The position numbers and the translations under genes were made by a program. DNA of 63,654 nucleotides, the filler included, from Reticulomyxa filosa (lineage: Eukaryota > Protista > Foraminifera): assembly GCA_000512085.1 (NCBI GenBank). It is 19 parts of 19 records of this genome, joined end to end, with 100 filler letters (N's around TTAATTAATTAA, not from the genome) between each part and the next. Parts side by side here need not be neighbours in the genome. Positions count along the whole stretch, not along the records: positions 11,308 to 16,019 come from ASPP01015791.1; positions 16,120 to 17,430 come from ASPP01006626.1; positions 17,531 to 25,750 come from ASPP01021721.1; positions 25,851 to 29,964 come from ASPP01007869.1; 15 more parts are not named here. One strand, 5' to 3'. Positions 13,353-25,865 of this stretch are shown here, one piece after another. Within the stretch, counting starts at the first letter, position 1; the number at the start of each line of letters is the position of its first letter. The notes under the pieces are model-generated. The model was not told where the DNA came from and ran no database searches. It was given only the letters and a program-made list of their open reading frames with translations.

Positions 13353-15089
13353 TTGCAAAAAGAAAAACAAAAGCAAAATAAACACTTATATGTGAGCCCG
13401 TTAGTTTGTGAAACAAAACATTGTTCTAAAAATTGGATAGGATTTGGAAACCACATAAAAGGGGCAATGGGGAGTAGCATAGTATTAGGCTATATATTAG
13501 CATGTCACATAGGATTGAATTGGAGAATGAAACTGTATTACATGTGTTTATTGGCATTGACATATTATAGTGACAGTGTAAGTTGGAAGCAACAGCAGCA
13601 ACAACAAAGGCAGAATAACAGCATGTATCGCCACATGAGACAAGAATGTTCAATGTTGGGAGTATGCATAATTCCATTGTTAACAGTAACAATGTATCCA
13701 GCAACAATTCATAAGCAATTGTTGTTATGGTCATGTTGTTCATTGATAATGTATTTTCTAAATGTGCAACAATGGTTGGCAATTGACAAATACCGCAAGA
13801 TATTGTCCGCTAATTATTATAAATTTTTGTGCGTTGTGTATACGTACTTATGGATTTGGTGTAGACAAAGAAGCGAATTGGGAAGCAGTAATGTGTTGTG
13901 GAACTTGTGTTTCTATATGTTGATATTTGAGTTGCTATTGATATCATTCCCAAATACATTTACGTACAGTGACCATTGCGTGCTTTCGCAAATGATCTGC
14001 ATGATGATTTTCATCTGTCGATCTCAGCTGCAATCAACAGTGCCATGGGATTTTACTAACCGAGAATATATATATCGACAGCACTCGGTGGTGATATGGG
14101 TGATCACATGGTATTTATCCTGCGTGGTCATCCCATTGTCCAATACTCGTGGCTACATGTTTTGCACGTTTATCATTGGCAATATCTTGGGTGGCTATCT
14201 GTTTGGTAGCATGACTTGGGTTATGCAATGGATCGGTTCATTCTTCGTGGATGTCCTTTGGGCTCATGTATACGTACTGTTATATTGGGTCCTCATCTTG
14301 GTGATTGGTTTCCTCGCCATGAAACGAGTCACAACTCAACACAAATTAATTATCATTCGCAAGTATTTTCACATTTGGTGTTTGTTTTTATTTTTACCTT
14401 GGATGAGTCCTATTGGTACAAATGCAAATGCAAATGTAAATGCAAATGCAAATCATAATAATCAACATTTCACAGAGTTTTTAAGTTTAGCCTTCATTTG
14501 TGCTTGTGGCATTTTTATCATTTTCGAATCCATTCGACTCAACGACTTGTGTCATTTGCAACTATCTTGCGCAATTGAGCAATACATGAAAGGATTTACC
14601 GACGAAAAAGACGGTGGTGTGCTAATCCTTACCCACGTCTGGTTGTTGATTGGTTGTGCCATCCCTCTGTGGCTCACTTTGCTGAAAGGCATCACGCCAC
14701 TCATCTTTGGACAGGTATTCTATTTTGTTTACATTACCGTTGGTCTTGTCGTCCTTGGGATGGGCGACTCGGCCGCTGCCATTTACGGCACCAAATATGG
14801 AGTCCATAAATGGTTCCAAGGCACCAACAAATCTGTCGAAGGCACTCTGGCCGCTATCTTTTCTTGCGGAGCCTTTTATGCTTTTCTTTATTTCCTCTTC
14901 TCTCCCTTTCTCCTTCAATCTCATGGATATACTGTTGTATCCATGCCAAAAGTTATCACTGCTCTCATTAAAACACTCATTACCACATTCGTTTTGGAGG
15001 GACTAACAAAGCAAATTGACAATTTATATTTGCCATTGTTTGCATGCTTGTGTCTGGACTTATCCATTTCCGACAGATTGGCTTATTGA
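13353..15089 (+). CDS. DOLK: Dolichol kinase
   Basis: Polytopic membrane protein with RKYFH, FTDEKDGGVLILTHVWLLIGCAIPLW, LGMGDSAAAIYG..G..KW..TNKSVEG and QIDNLYLPL, all SEC59/DOLK motifs. True start uncertain (first in-frame ATG ~13467). Confidence 0.93.
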   Translation: MQKEKQKQNKHLYVSPLVCETKHCSKNWIGFGNHIKGAMGSSIVLGYILACHIGLNWRMKLYYMCLLALTYYSDSVSWKQQQQQQRQNNSMYRHMRQECSMLGVCIIPLLTVTMYPATIHKQLLLWSCCSLIMYFLNVQQWLAIDKYRKILSANYYKFLCVVYTYLWIWCRQRSELGSSNVLWNLCFYMLIFELLLISFPNTFTYSDHCVLSQMICMMIFICRSQLQSTVPWDFTNREYIYRQHSVVIWVITWYLSCVVIPLSNTRGYMFCTFIIGNILGGYLFGSMTWVMQWIGSFFVDVLWAHVYVLLYWVLILVIGFLAMKRVTTQHKLIIIRKYFHIWCLFLFLPWMSPIGTNANANVNANANHNNQHFTEFLSLAFICACGIFIIFESIRLNDLCHLQLSCAIEQYMKGFTDEKDGGVLILTHVWLLIGCAIPLWLTLLKGITPLIFGQVFYFVYITVGLVVLGMGDSAAAIYGTKYGVHKWFQGTNKSVEGTLAAIFSCGAFYAFLYFLFSPFLLQSHGYTVVSMPKVITALIKTLITTFVLEGLTKQIDNLYLPLFACLCLDLSISDRLAY

Positions 15090-15343
15090 GCACAAATACA
15101 AGTAAACAAATTTCCTTTGCTTTTTCTTTTCGAGTTTTCAAGCAACTAAACACTTTTGATAACTTTTTAACACTGCCGTCAAAAGTGTATGAATAAAAGT
15201 ATAATTATTTTACTTTGTTAATTTTCTTGGAGGGAAAAAAAAAAAGGAAAAACTTTTGTTTTAATTTTTTTTTTTAAAAAAAAAAAGAAAGGAGGGACTT
15301 CGAAACAGAAAAAAGAAATAAACTTAACAATAGACATTTTCAA

Positions 15344-15946
15344 ATGAAAAAAGTATATTCCAAATCAGAAAAAAATTTGATAAAATCCTCTCAAGGACTG
15401 GTCTCTCGAAATGTAAAATCTGAGCGTAGATTGAAATTGGAAACTGACGGAAGAGGGGAAAGAAAGACAAAGGAACGACAAGAAAAAAAAGGAGAGGCAA
15501 GAAAAAACAACGGAATGACAGAAGAACGAATGAAAAGAAGAGAAAGAAGAGAGCAAAGAAAAAAAGAAGAAGAAGAAGAGAAGGCAGTAGTGCAATGGTT
15601 GAAATTACCAAATGATGCACTCTGTTCGATATTGAGATACTTTCCATTTGAAATTTTGTGTTCGATATTTTCTCGAGTGAGTCGAAAATTTCAACGATTG
15701 TGCAAAAAGCCGATGAGTATAGGTCACATACGAATGGACAAAAAGTTTATGCAATACGTACTAATTGAAACACGAGCGGCGGAGGCAATAAAGGAGAAAG
15801 CAGGGACAGTCGTGGAAAGTCCAGAAAGCAAAGAGAAGACGAATACAACAGCACTGCAAGAACTAATGAAAGACAAGAGCAATGTGCAACCTAAATGTGA
15901 CAAGTGTCAATTGGCTCATTCGTGTTGGTATTATGTGTGCAGTTAA
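15344..15946 (+). CDS. F-box protein, 5' part
   Basis: Charged N-terminus then WLKLPNDALCSILRYFPFEILCSIFSRVSRKFQRLC (F-box consensus LP.E....I..Y........VS..F). Confidence 0.75.
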   Translation: MKKVYSKSEKNLIKSSQGLVSRNVKSERRLKLETDGRGERKTKERQEKKGEARKNNGMTEERMKRRERREQRKKEEEEEKAVVQWLKLPNDALCSILRYFPFEILCSIFSRVSRKFQRLCKKPMSIGHIRMDKKFMQYVLIETRAAEAIKEKAGTVVESPESKEKTNTTALQELMKDKSNVQPKCDKCQLAHSCWYYVCS

Positions 15947-16121
15947 AAAAGTAGTTTATTATATATTTGAAAATACAAAAAAAAAAAAAAAAAAAAAATA
16001 AAATAAATAAATTATCAATNNNNNNNNNNNNNNNNNNNNNNNNNNNNNNNNNNNNNNNNNNNNTTAATTAATTAANNNNNNNNNNNNNNNNNNNNNNNNN
16101 NNNNNNNNNNNNNNNNNNNAA

Positions 16122-16152
<31 letters not shown>

Positions 16153-16205
16153 TAAAGTTTAAAATTGTGCACGTGTGGAAATGATATAAAAATAGACTCA
16201 CGTAG

Positions 16206-16757
16206 AAACAATGAGTAAGCAAACATGGAAACTCTTTGAAAACTATTTCGATGAGCAAGTGAAAAAGCAATTGAAACTTGACGACACATCTAATGCTCAC
16301 CACCACAATGAGAATGATCATCTCAATTCCAATCATTCCAATCCTAATTTCAACAATTCCAATCCTAATTTCAACAATCCCAATCCTAATTTCAACAATC
16401 CCAATCCTAATTCCAATCATTCTAATCACAACCACAAACTGTCATGGGGCTCGCTACTCAGCCAAACTTGCACCACTCTGCAAGAGTTGGTCAAGATGGA
16501 GCAGGACATGAACGGACTTGAAAGAGACGAGATAATCGCGCGGTATTATTCGCCACAGCCTAATGAAGACAAACACAAACGTATCACGGACGTCCCGACG
16601 GCATCTCCACAAAATGACCTTTTGGGCCTTGTTTACTCGGACGTTGAAGAAAAAGTATATTCTCATTCAGAAGACGAAGTATTATATATATAACATATAT
16701 ACATATATATATATATTTTTTTTTTAATTTTTTTTGATGACAAAGCAAATTTTCCCC

Positions 16758-16791
<34 letters not shown>

Positions 16792-17395
16792 CATACATAC
16801 ATATACACACATATATGTATGTGTATATAATGCGTGTCCTTGCACAATAAACAAGTCCCAGCAAGCAACAGAAGCAAATGACAAAGCAACGGAACAAAGA
16901 CCGATTGGCATGACGACATCGCAAAGTGTAAAGAGTGATACGATGGCGGCAACGCCGAATGGAAATGAGAATGGAAACGGAAAAGAGGGAAGCGAGAAGC
17001 ATGAGTGTTTGGAAACGATGACCGCGTCGGAGTTGATAGAAAAGAAGCAAATGGAAAAGTGCTTGGAGCTGCGACAGCAGTGGTGGACGAAGCTGGACGA
17101 AATGACGAGCACGTATCGCCAAGAGTCGTTGGACAACGTGGACCTGTTCTTTGAGCTGTGCAGTGCCATCGAGCTGGCGCTGAGTCTGTTCCCACACGAC
17201 CAGCACATGTCGACGTTCTTCACATTGGCAGTAAGAGAGTCGCTGCGCGTCGTCGTGGAAGTGTTGCGCTGCGTTGTCATGGATTGCAGTTTGAGCGAGG
17301 TCAGTCAGCAAATGGAAAAGTACTATGATGGTTTTGTCATTTTGCATGAGTATGAAGAGGCTATTGAACATTATTTGGCATTTTGGGCAGTTCAT

Positions 17396-17400
<5 letters not shown>
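16206..17400 (+). CDS. Hypothetical protein, internal exons
   Basis: Two long coding-like exons (about 16206-16678 and 16860-17388) separated by a simple-repeat intron. No family recognised. Confidence 0.55.
16325..16430 (+). repeat. 21-nt tandem repeat (aatcctaatttcaacaatccc-like) encoding NPNFNNP
   Basis: Three to four near-identical units visible. Confidence 0.85.
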
Positions 17401-17430
<30 letters not shown>

Positions 17431-17530
17431 NNNNNNNNNNNNNNNNNNNNNNNNNNNNNNNNNNNNNNNNNNNNTTAATTAATTAANNNNNNNNNNNNNN
17501 NNNNNNNNNNNNNNNNNNNNNNNNNNNNNN

Positions 17531-17635
17531 ATCAAATTTATTGGATTGAAAAAGAAAGAAAAGACTAAGAATGTCACATATAATGTGAATTTGTGTTATG
17601 GTTCATACAAAGGTTATATTCGTATTTGGGGATAA
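17531..17635 (+). CDS. WD40 expanded-family protein, C-terminal fragment
   Basis: IKFIGLKKKEKTKNVTYNVNLCYGSYKGYIRIWG*, paralogous to the tails at 47866 and 52612. Confidence 0.8.
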   Translation: MKFIGLKKKEKTKNVTYNVNLCYGSYKGYIRIWG

Positions 17636-18193
17636 TTAACTTTTTTGTTGAACAAGAAATAGAAGTGTTTTTGTTTGAAAAGTTTGATTAAAAGAAGTAA
17701 AATGATATTAAACTTGTTTAATTTGATTAAATGCAAGCATTGAAATATGTGTTCTGTCTTACTTTGTTATTTCAGAAATTTAAAAGCACATTCAATGTGT
17801 CTATAAAATTCAAAAGCATAACAAGCGAAAATTGCATTCAAATTTCGAATCCATTTAATGATTAATGTTAACAATGTTGATCCAAATTTAATTACTTGTA
17901 TGAAATTATAAAAATAATGAACAAAACTCATACAATTGAATTTCCTAGCATAACCTAAAATATGTAAACTCTTTAAACTAGTAAAAAAACAAGAACAAAT
18001 ATGCTGTATTCATTTTTTTACGTGAAGTTTACAAATAAAGTATCATCTTTAACAGTAAATGTTTTATCTACTTCTCACATAATTTCAGTATTTAGAATAC
18101 GTAATGTAAATGAAAGTCAAATATTTCATTTGTCAAGTTTTTTTATTTATTTATTTTGTCATACTTAATTTTTTCATTTTAATCAATTACAAA

Positions 18194-18400
18194 TTAACTC
18201 AGCCACAGCTTCAGGATGCTATGTTCTAATTCATCAAACAATACGTTCAATGACTGTTCAAAATATTTACTTGCTTTCTCGTATTCTCCCAACTTGTTAT
18301 TTAAGCGAGTAACATCAAAGTGATCAGACCCCAATTTATCCAATATAATTTTTAATAATTTTTCATGATATTCCATTGCTTCATTAATCTCAAATTATCA
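18194..18400 (-). pseudogene. Kinesin-light-chain-type TPR relic
   Basis: AMEYHEKLLKIILDKLGSDHFDVTRLNNKLG/EYEKASKYFEQSLNV = 42-aa TPR pattern (LG..H..VA....NLG) with an internal deletion and flanking stops. Confidence 0.65.
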
Positions 18401-19034
18401 AAACTTTTAAATAATTGTATCTTCTTCAGCAAATCGGGTGAAAACATAAAGTCAATCTGTGCTTGCTTGGTCTAACTTTGTCAGCAAGTTAATTGTAATA
18501 CTTTAATAAGTGTAATAAAAATTGTTAATGTAAAAACACTGCTTCAATTTGAGGCAATCCTTGAGAAATATTCAAATTGATTCCAGTTAAATCCAATTTT
18601 TCTATAATATTTGTTATCTACAGTCATGGCACGTTCTTACTGATTGTTTGAAATGTATAAACACTTTTTCTCTATGATCATCACCTACAAAGATAATGAC
18701 AATATTTCTGATATCATTTTATTCGTTTTGTTTATTATGCATATTTTTACAAATAATTGATTAAATATCATATTATAAGACAAACAAATATCTTTTAAAG
18801 ATCTTTTGTAATGTGATCATACTTTTTGTACGATAGTTTGTGAAATATTCTCAATACAATAATTGAATATTTTATCATTGTTTATGTTTCAAAGAGATGT
18901 GACTGATTAGTTCTTTTTTCAATTATGTGTAATTTTGTTTCGTTAACCAAATAAGAACTACTTTTTTCATTTTTTTAAAGGGGTTATGTCCTCTTTTTAA
19001 AAATTAAACTAAAAACTTCAGCAATATTATCAAC

Positions 19035-20313
19035 ATGGGTAATCGAACTACAACACAAAAACTTTCTGAAAAAGAGACTAAACAAAGTCGACATCTTATT
19101 ACCCCCTTTCAAACTTTGAAGGATCTGCCTACTCTACTTTCTCGCTCTCAATGTGTGCTACACAAACACGAACTCCTCATTTGTGGAGGTTATGAACAAA
19201 GAGCTTGTTATTCTTATCATATACTCAAAAACGAATACAAATTTATTTGTGAGTATTTAAGTGATATTAAATTAAACGGACACTGTGTAGTGAAACTGGT
19301 AGATAGCAGCAATCAAATCACTTTGTTATCTTTTGGATCTGATCGGAATGGAAAAAACAAACATACATTGGTGATGAAATATGTAAGTGTTTGGAATGAT
19401 ACATCAAACAAATCAAATGAATTAAACAATTATAATCAATGGGTTTCTTTCACAGACAATCACAATCATCCAATTATCATTGGAAGAGACGAAGACTATT
19501 ATACTGGAGTGCGTGCAGTGATTGGTGGGAGCAACAATCATTTATTATTTATCACTTATTTTATTGATAATATTAGTGTTTTGATTTAAATACATTTCAA
19601 TTTATTAAACATGACACTTTACCAATTGGTTATCAGATATGGTGTCATTGTTTTGTATTAAATTCAGAAAATAGACAAGAACAAAAAATGATGAAAACTA
19701 ATCAAGAAAAAAATAAGCAACAATATCAAATGTTGTTGTTTTGTGAAAAGGAAGGATTATCAATTGAATATAATGAAGATTACAACACTTTTCAATTTCA
19801 TCAACTACCTATTTATAAGGATATTGCAATATTTAGTTCCTATGCATACGTATGTATCAATGACGTCATCTTGTTTTTTGGTGGATATTGTTACAATTAT
19901 GGTAATGCGATTTATTCAAAATCAGTGCATAGGTATTCAATTCGAGAAAGCAAATGGATAACATTTCAAAATATTTTACCCAGATCATTGTATGATTGTG
20001 TTGCAATATTGAGTGAAGACGACAATCGTATACATATCATTGGAGGAAAAGATGATAAAGATACAACAGTATCAACTCACATGAAAACTGAAGTGCGTGT
20101 ATGGGATCCTTTACTATTGGTAATGATTTGTTTATTCATTTATTATTTTGATGAAACACAAAAATTTAATTGTTTGGAAAATAATAAATAATAAATAATG
20201 AACAGTCAAAACATGAAATAAAATTTATTATTCAATATTGGATTCGAACTTTAAAGATAAAATTGGGATGGATAGATGATTTTGATAAAATTATTGTGAA
20301 ATACAGTAGATGA
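19035..20313 (+). CDS. Kelch-repeat protein (one frameshift near 19580; last exon 20206-20313)
   Basis: MGN start; Kelch blades HELLICGG, VIGG, ILFFGG, IHIIGG. Adding one T at 19579-82 restores ISVFDLNTFQFIKHDTLP. Last exon SKHEIKFIIQYWIRTLKIKLGWIDDFDKIIVKYSR*. Confidence 0.85.
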
Positions 20314-20899
20314 AATAAATTTTGAAAAGCACAATTGAAATATCTATTAACCATGCTATCTTTAAATATGGCTTTGATTTGGTTTTATTTTATAATTGTG
20401 AAATTTATCAATTTTTTTCTTAAGTTTTTCAAAATATATAAAAAAGGTAAAAACCATAACAAATAACAAATTATTCAACAAATATCCTATAAATGTTTTT
20501 TATGACTTATTTTCCTGTATAAATAAATTTTAATAAAAAAAATAAAACGAAACATAGCGCACATAATACACAATGAAAATAGTTTATCATTTTCTTTTAG
20601 GATAAAATTTGTAATTCTGAGTGTAGCTGTGGAAGGATTTCAAGCAAGTATGTAGATTAAATGACGCAATTTTAAAAAATATTTGATTTTTGAAAAATGG
20701 GTTCAATAATAAAAAATATGAAATGTCTATGTGAAAACTAATTGAAGTAGTATTATCAAAGTTGAATAGTCAACAATCGAGTGATATTATTGAATACTTA
20801 AAAGATAGATAAATTCATGAAAAGATATACTTCAAAAAATAACAATGAAATTGAATAAACAATCATTAGATGGCATTGAAATAACTAAAATCTGGATTT

Positions 20900-22900
20900 A
20901 AGGATATAATATTTGGTTTTTAATTTCATGTACAAACTTAATGCGATCATTGTCAAGTGGAAAACAAGTATATAATTCGTTCAACTTTTTGATAGACATA
21001 TTCAAGGATAAAAATGATTCTTATCTTCACAATTTATGTGAAAAAATATTTCAAGTAATGGCATTTGAATTAAATATAAACCAGTTAATAATTTGTTTGG
21101 TTGTTTAAAATATACTTAAACAAATGCTCGAAATAATGTTATCAAAATTGGATAATATTTTTAAAACGTATTTAAAATAGAGGTTCTGGGATAGTATCAA
21201 ATTGAGCGATCAATCTCGAAATATATCAGAAAAAGTGGAAAAACAATTATTGACTCATATATATAATTTTTGATAAATAAATTTAATTTTGATGAAAATG
21301 TTATTGATCCATGTATCAAAATACATATTTGATGATGTATCTGTAAGACAACGTAATAGAGTAAATTTGATGTTATCAAATATATCGGATGATATGTGGT
21401 AACGTACACAATTTCTTCATTAAAAGAAAAGATGGAAATCAAAAATGGGAAAGAAAAGTACTGAAGCAGAATTATTGGCGTTTGGATTATTGCTATTTAA
21501 GCCCCGTATTCAATACAATTACAATGATGAAAATATCATTAATTCTAAAGCTTTTTATGAATTGAAAAACTGTTACAATAATCATGAAAAGGAAATTTCC
21601 AATTCAATTGTTTGGGATAAAGATAATAATATATATGATAAACATGAAGCAGCAAAATTAGTAATATATCACAATCGAAAATTTATTAGAAAAATATTAT
21701 TTTATTTTGACATGAATGATTCATTTAATCAATATGGAAAACTCTATTACATGTAGCAATATACAACAAAAATTGGAATATGGTTCGTTATTGCATTGAA
21801 CAAGGTGCATGGATTGATGTTAGAGAACATGATTCAAATACAATCCTTTCACAGACCCTTGTGGATATAAGTGGAACAAGAATTAAAAGATATGCTCCTT
21901 GAAGATTTATATAGGAATGAAATAGACAATTGCATGCAATATCATTTCTAAGATATCAATTGAAATAAGATAGAGAATGCCATATCAAATTATCAACATT
22001 TGAATAATTAATTGAAAAAGGATTGAAGAAATTACAAATCCAATTGAACTAACATACATTTAACAAAAATTGTTCAAATTTCTTTCTCAAATTAATACCT
22101 CAGCTATAGAATATCTTACCAATAACATTTTTATTCAATGAAATACTAGAAATGTTTGGTAACAAAATTGACAAAGCAACTATTTTGAAAATCTTGAAAC
22201 AATCTAATCAAATTTATTTAGATACAGCAATAAAATTAACGGAGGTTTCTTCAACTTACAATATCAGCAGGTTAAATAATATTGTCGAAAATTATCCAAA
22301 AAAATGAAAGTGTTTAAGAATATTTGTAATTGTGGGGATATTGCAAAACATGGATTGAAAACAGCCAATGTATCATTTATTTATATTTAAATTGCTTTAC
22401 ATTTGACAATAACAAATGTATGCAAATAATTGCTCAATATAGTTACAAAATAAGATACCGTATTCCAGATACAGTACGTATGTTATTGAATTGAAAATGG
22501 AAAGGATATTTAATTTTATTTGATTATGAACATTGAAGAATTGTATTATTTGATAAAAATAAAGCGATTAAATTAAAAAAATAAAAGTAAAAACATTACA
22601 AGTTGGAAATCCAAAGAAATCGCTACTGGAATATTCAACATTATTATTGTTCTGAAATTCAAACAAGTTACATTAAATGCTGCAATCACATTTTTATCAA
22701 TATCTCCGCATAGTACGTTATGATTATAAAAAAAAATTTGTCAAACACAAAATATACATAAAAGAATTTTCACTTCCAAATATTTGATATGTTATGTCAA
22801 AAGTCCATTCATTCCTAGTTATTCTGAAAAAAATAAAACTGCTCAATAAGTATTCAATTGCTTCGAAACAACTCAAATGTCTCAAAAATTAATTATATTT
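20900..22900 (+). pseudogene. Decayed multi-domain gene(s) including an ankyrin repeat
   Basis: About 21733-21830 reads (YG)KTLLHVAIYNKNWNMVRYCIEQGAWIDVRE across a frameshift. A CUE/UBA-like EILEMFGNKIDKATILKILKQSN lies near 22140. Numerous stops. Confidence 0.5.
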
Positions 22901-23559
22901 AATTGAACAATCTTTGGACAAAAAATAAATTTACAATAATTTCATCAATCGTTTATACAAAATATAAATTAAATCAATAATTAATATCACACAAAAAGCA
23001 CAAATGTGATATAAAATAAAAAAAATACAATATAAGTCAATGTAACAATATAAATAAAAAATTTTAAAAAATAAAACATTTCTTGCAAAAAATAATATAT
23101 AACACATTCACTAATATCACCACTAAACAGATCAAAAAAACTACAAGTCAACAGCAAAAAAAAATGAAAAAAAAAATCAAAACTTTATTCTTTTTTTTGA
23201 ACACTAGTTGGGAACCCTTGATGGCCTATACTACACATCGACCTTCCATTAAATTAATAATAAGCAAAAAAATAAAAATTTAACTTTTATTTTTTTTTTT
23301 GAACATCAGTTGTAGTTAGATGCGTGTGTTCTATGTTGCGAAAAACCTCGATGTTATATTATGTCAAAGCTAATTTTTTTTATATGCATTAAACCAGTAT
23401 TTGCGTGTTTGTGTGGATTTTGGTCATTTGTATTTTTTAAAATGATACACCGATTTAAAAACCTTTTTTTTGCATGTTCGTACTTTTGTTTTTTATTGAT
23501 CGGAGTTAATGTGTGTTCATGCCGTATATTTATTGTTTGTTAAATTTTTGTATACTTAC

Positions 23560-23975
23560 CTTTTTTTTTGGACGGATTCATCCGAATGACCGTGCACTTC
23601 CTCAGCCGCTTTCTTCTTGTCGCTGCGGCGATCGTAAATGGGGGCATCTAATATCAGTTCTCCACTCCCAAATTGTTCTGGTGCTACGCTGTCTATGGCA
23701 TATGCCATTGGACTCGCGGCTGGTGCCCCTCGTAATAAAGATAGCGGCAGTTTGTGGTGAGGTGTCGTGATGGCGATTGAGATCGGACACCTATTATTAT
23801 TTCTTGCCTGTTTGGTCCGGCCATTAGCCCTTATTTGCGGTGGTGACGCTAATATAGTGGTTGGCCTTGGGCCATTATCTTGTTGTGCAGCCAATTGCTG
23901 CTTTCGCAAAGTGAGGCTCAATAGTCCCAACTCCACGTCTGTTTCGTTGTCTTCGTCTTTGTTTGATTGGAGTCA
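23560..23975 (-). CDS. Hypothetical low-complexity protein exon
   Basis: GC-richer 126+ codon ORF ending at a strong AG|GTAAGTAT donor near 23559. Confidence 0.45.
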
Positions 23976-25169
23976 TTATTTGTGTCAAAAAAATATATTG
24001 TCTATTTATTCTTGTTTTTGCATAGAAGATATCATACCTTTATTGCTTGTCATGTCTGCCACTTTTTCTTCTTTTTTTTTCCAAAATTAGCTGTTGTTGC
24101 AATTGACAGTGGTCCCTTTGTCTCTTCTCTTTGTTTGTTGCTTGTGTGTTTGTGTGTATATGTTGTGGACTTTTTGTTTTGTGTTCTCTGTCAAAAAACT
24201 GTTGCTTCTTTTCTTAAGATGCTTTCTTGGTTTTAGTTGCATTATCAGTGTTGCAGCCTTGAGAAAAAAAGTAATGCAGTGCGATAGTGATGTTGTGTGT
24301 AGAAGTTTTTACTACAAAAAAATTGTTTGTTGTTCATTAAAAATTTTTTTGTGGAAAAAAAATCGTGTAATAATTTTTTGTTCAAAAATTTTTTTTTGTT
24401 CTGCTTCCGCACGTGTTTCATTTTTCTTGAACCACTCCGTTTGTCTTTCTTTTGGCAAGAAGATGCTTCATTATTGAAGTGTCTTTGCAGATAACTTATT
24501 TACTGTTGTCAGTGTGTCAAGATACTGATTGGCCCCTTTTTTCCTTTCACGTTCCAGAGAGTTTTTCTTAAATCAAAGAAAGTGTCAAAAGATCTGAAAC
24601 CACAAAATGGAATGTTATTTTCCTTTCCATTTTTGATGTTTTCACTTGCTTCTGGATGTTTGTGTTTTTTAAGGCCTGAAAATGTTTACGTGATGTTATT
24701 TTTTTATAATTAAAAAAAAGGTATTTCTTGAAAGAAAATAGAAGAACAAAGAATGATTTGTCCGGTGGTAGCCAAGTTAAAAATTCTTTTTTAACGTTTG
24801 TGTCGAGTCTACGTTTCAAATTTTTGACATTAAATGTAAACGCTATTTTTTATTATCTTTTTAAGAATTATAAATATCTTTTATCTGTGATGACTGAACA
24901 GAAGTTTTTTGAAATCAAAAATAGAAAATGATTTATCTGACCTTTTTTTTGTTGCGACATAATTTTCGAAAGTATTTCAAGTTTGTAATTATTTTTTTTG
25001 ACAATATTGGATTTCCATTTGCATCTTTTCCGTGTGAAGATTAACATCTCATTGTACAGAAACATAGCAAAACTCAACCATTCCCAAACATGAACGAATT
25101 AGAAACAAAGCAAAAAAAAAAAAAAAAAAAAAAAAAAACAAAAAAAAACATAGAAAGAGATGAAACGAA

Positions 25170-25750
25170 CTAGTCCGTTGATTTCTCAGTAACGACAGTA
25201 ATGGTATCCTGCGATGGCTTTACAATCGAGCTATTTGAAACAACACGGATGGGACCACCCTTTGCAAGTTCAAGAGAGTGTGAAGCCGAGCTGTTTGGAT
25301 AGCGTACATCTTCGCCTTCATCCCCACCGCCATTTAAACTTGAAGAGGACCACTGTTTCTTATTTTTGGTATTTAGCTTGACAAATTCGGGGTCGTTGGT
25401 TGTGATTTCAGTCGTTGAGTCCCTTGCATTTCTTTCCACATCCAATTTCTGCGGCGCGCCGCGAATACTTGCATGTCGATGGAGACGCCTTGGTGGACGG
25501 TCGCTGTTATCCAAGTGTTGTAGCTCACGTTCTTTCGCACTTTCTTCCTCTCGCTAAAAAAAAAAATCATTTTATTATTAAAAACATATCAAAAAGCAAT
25601 AATAATAATAATAATAATAATAACGTATAATAATTTATTATTATAAGTTATTATTATTATTATTATTATTATTTGTTAATAAAAAAAAAAAAAAACTACC
25701 AAACTACGATGTATTTCTTTGTTTTTTCCGTAAAAGCGACAACCGAGAAA
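25170..25750 (-). CDS. Hypothetical protein, 3' exons
   Basis: Last exon about 25170-25554 (REEESAKERELQHLDNSDRPPRR...KSTD*), preceded by an (AAT)n intron and a short exon at the contig end. Confidence 0.5.
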
Positions 25751-25865
25751 NNNNNNNNNNNNNNNNNNNNNNNNNNNNNNNNNNNNNNNNNNNNTTAATT
25801 AATTAANNNNNNNNNNNNNNNNNNNNNNNNNNNNNNNNNNNNNNNNNNNNAAAAAAAAAAAAAAG

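Noticed and set aside
23551-23562. ATACTTACCT as the U1 snRNA 5' end
   Set aside because: It is the reverse complement of a consensus AG|GTAAGTAT donor; no U1 body follows.
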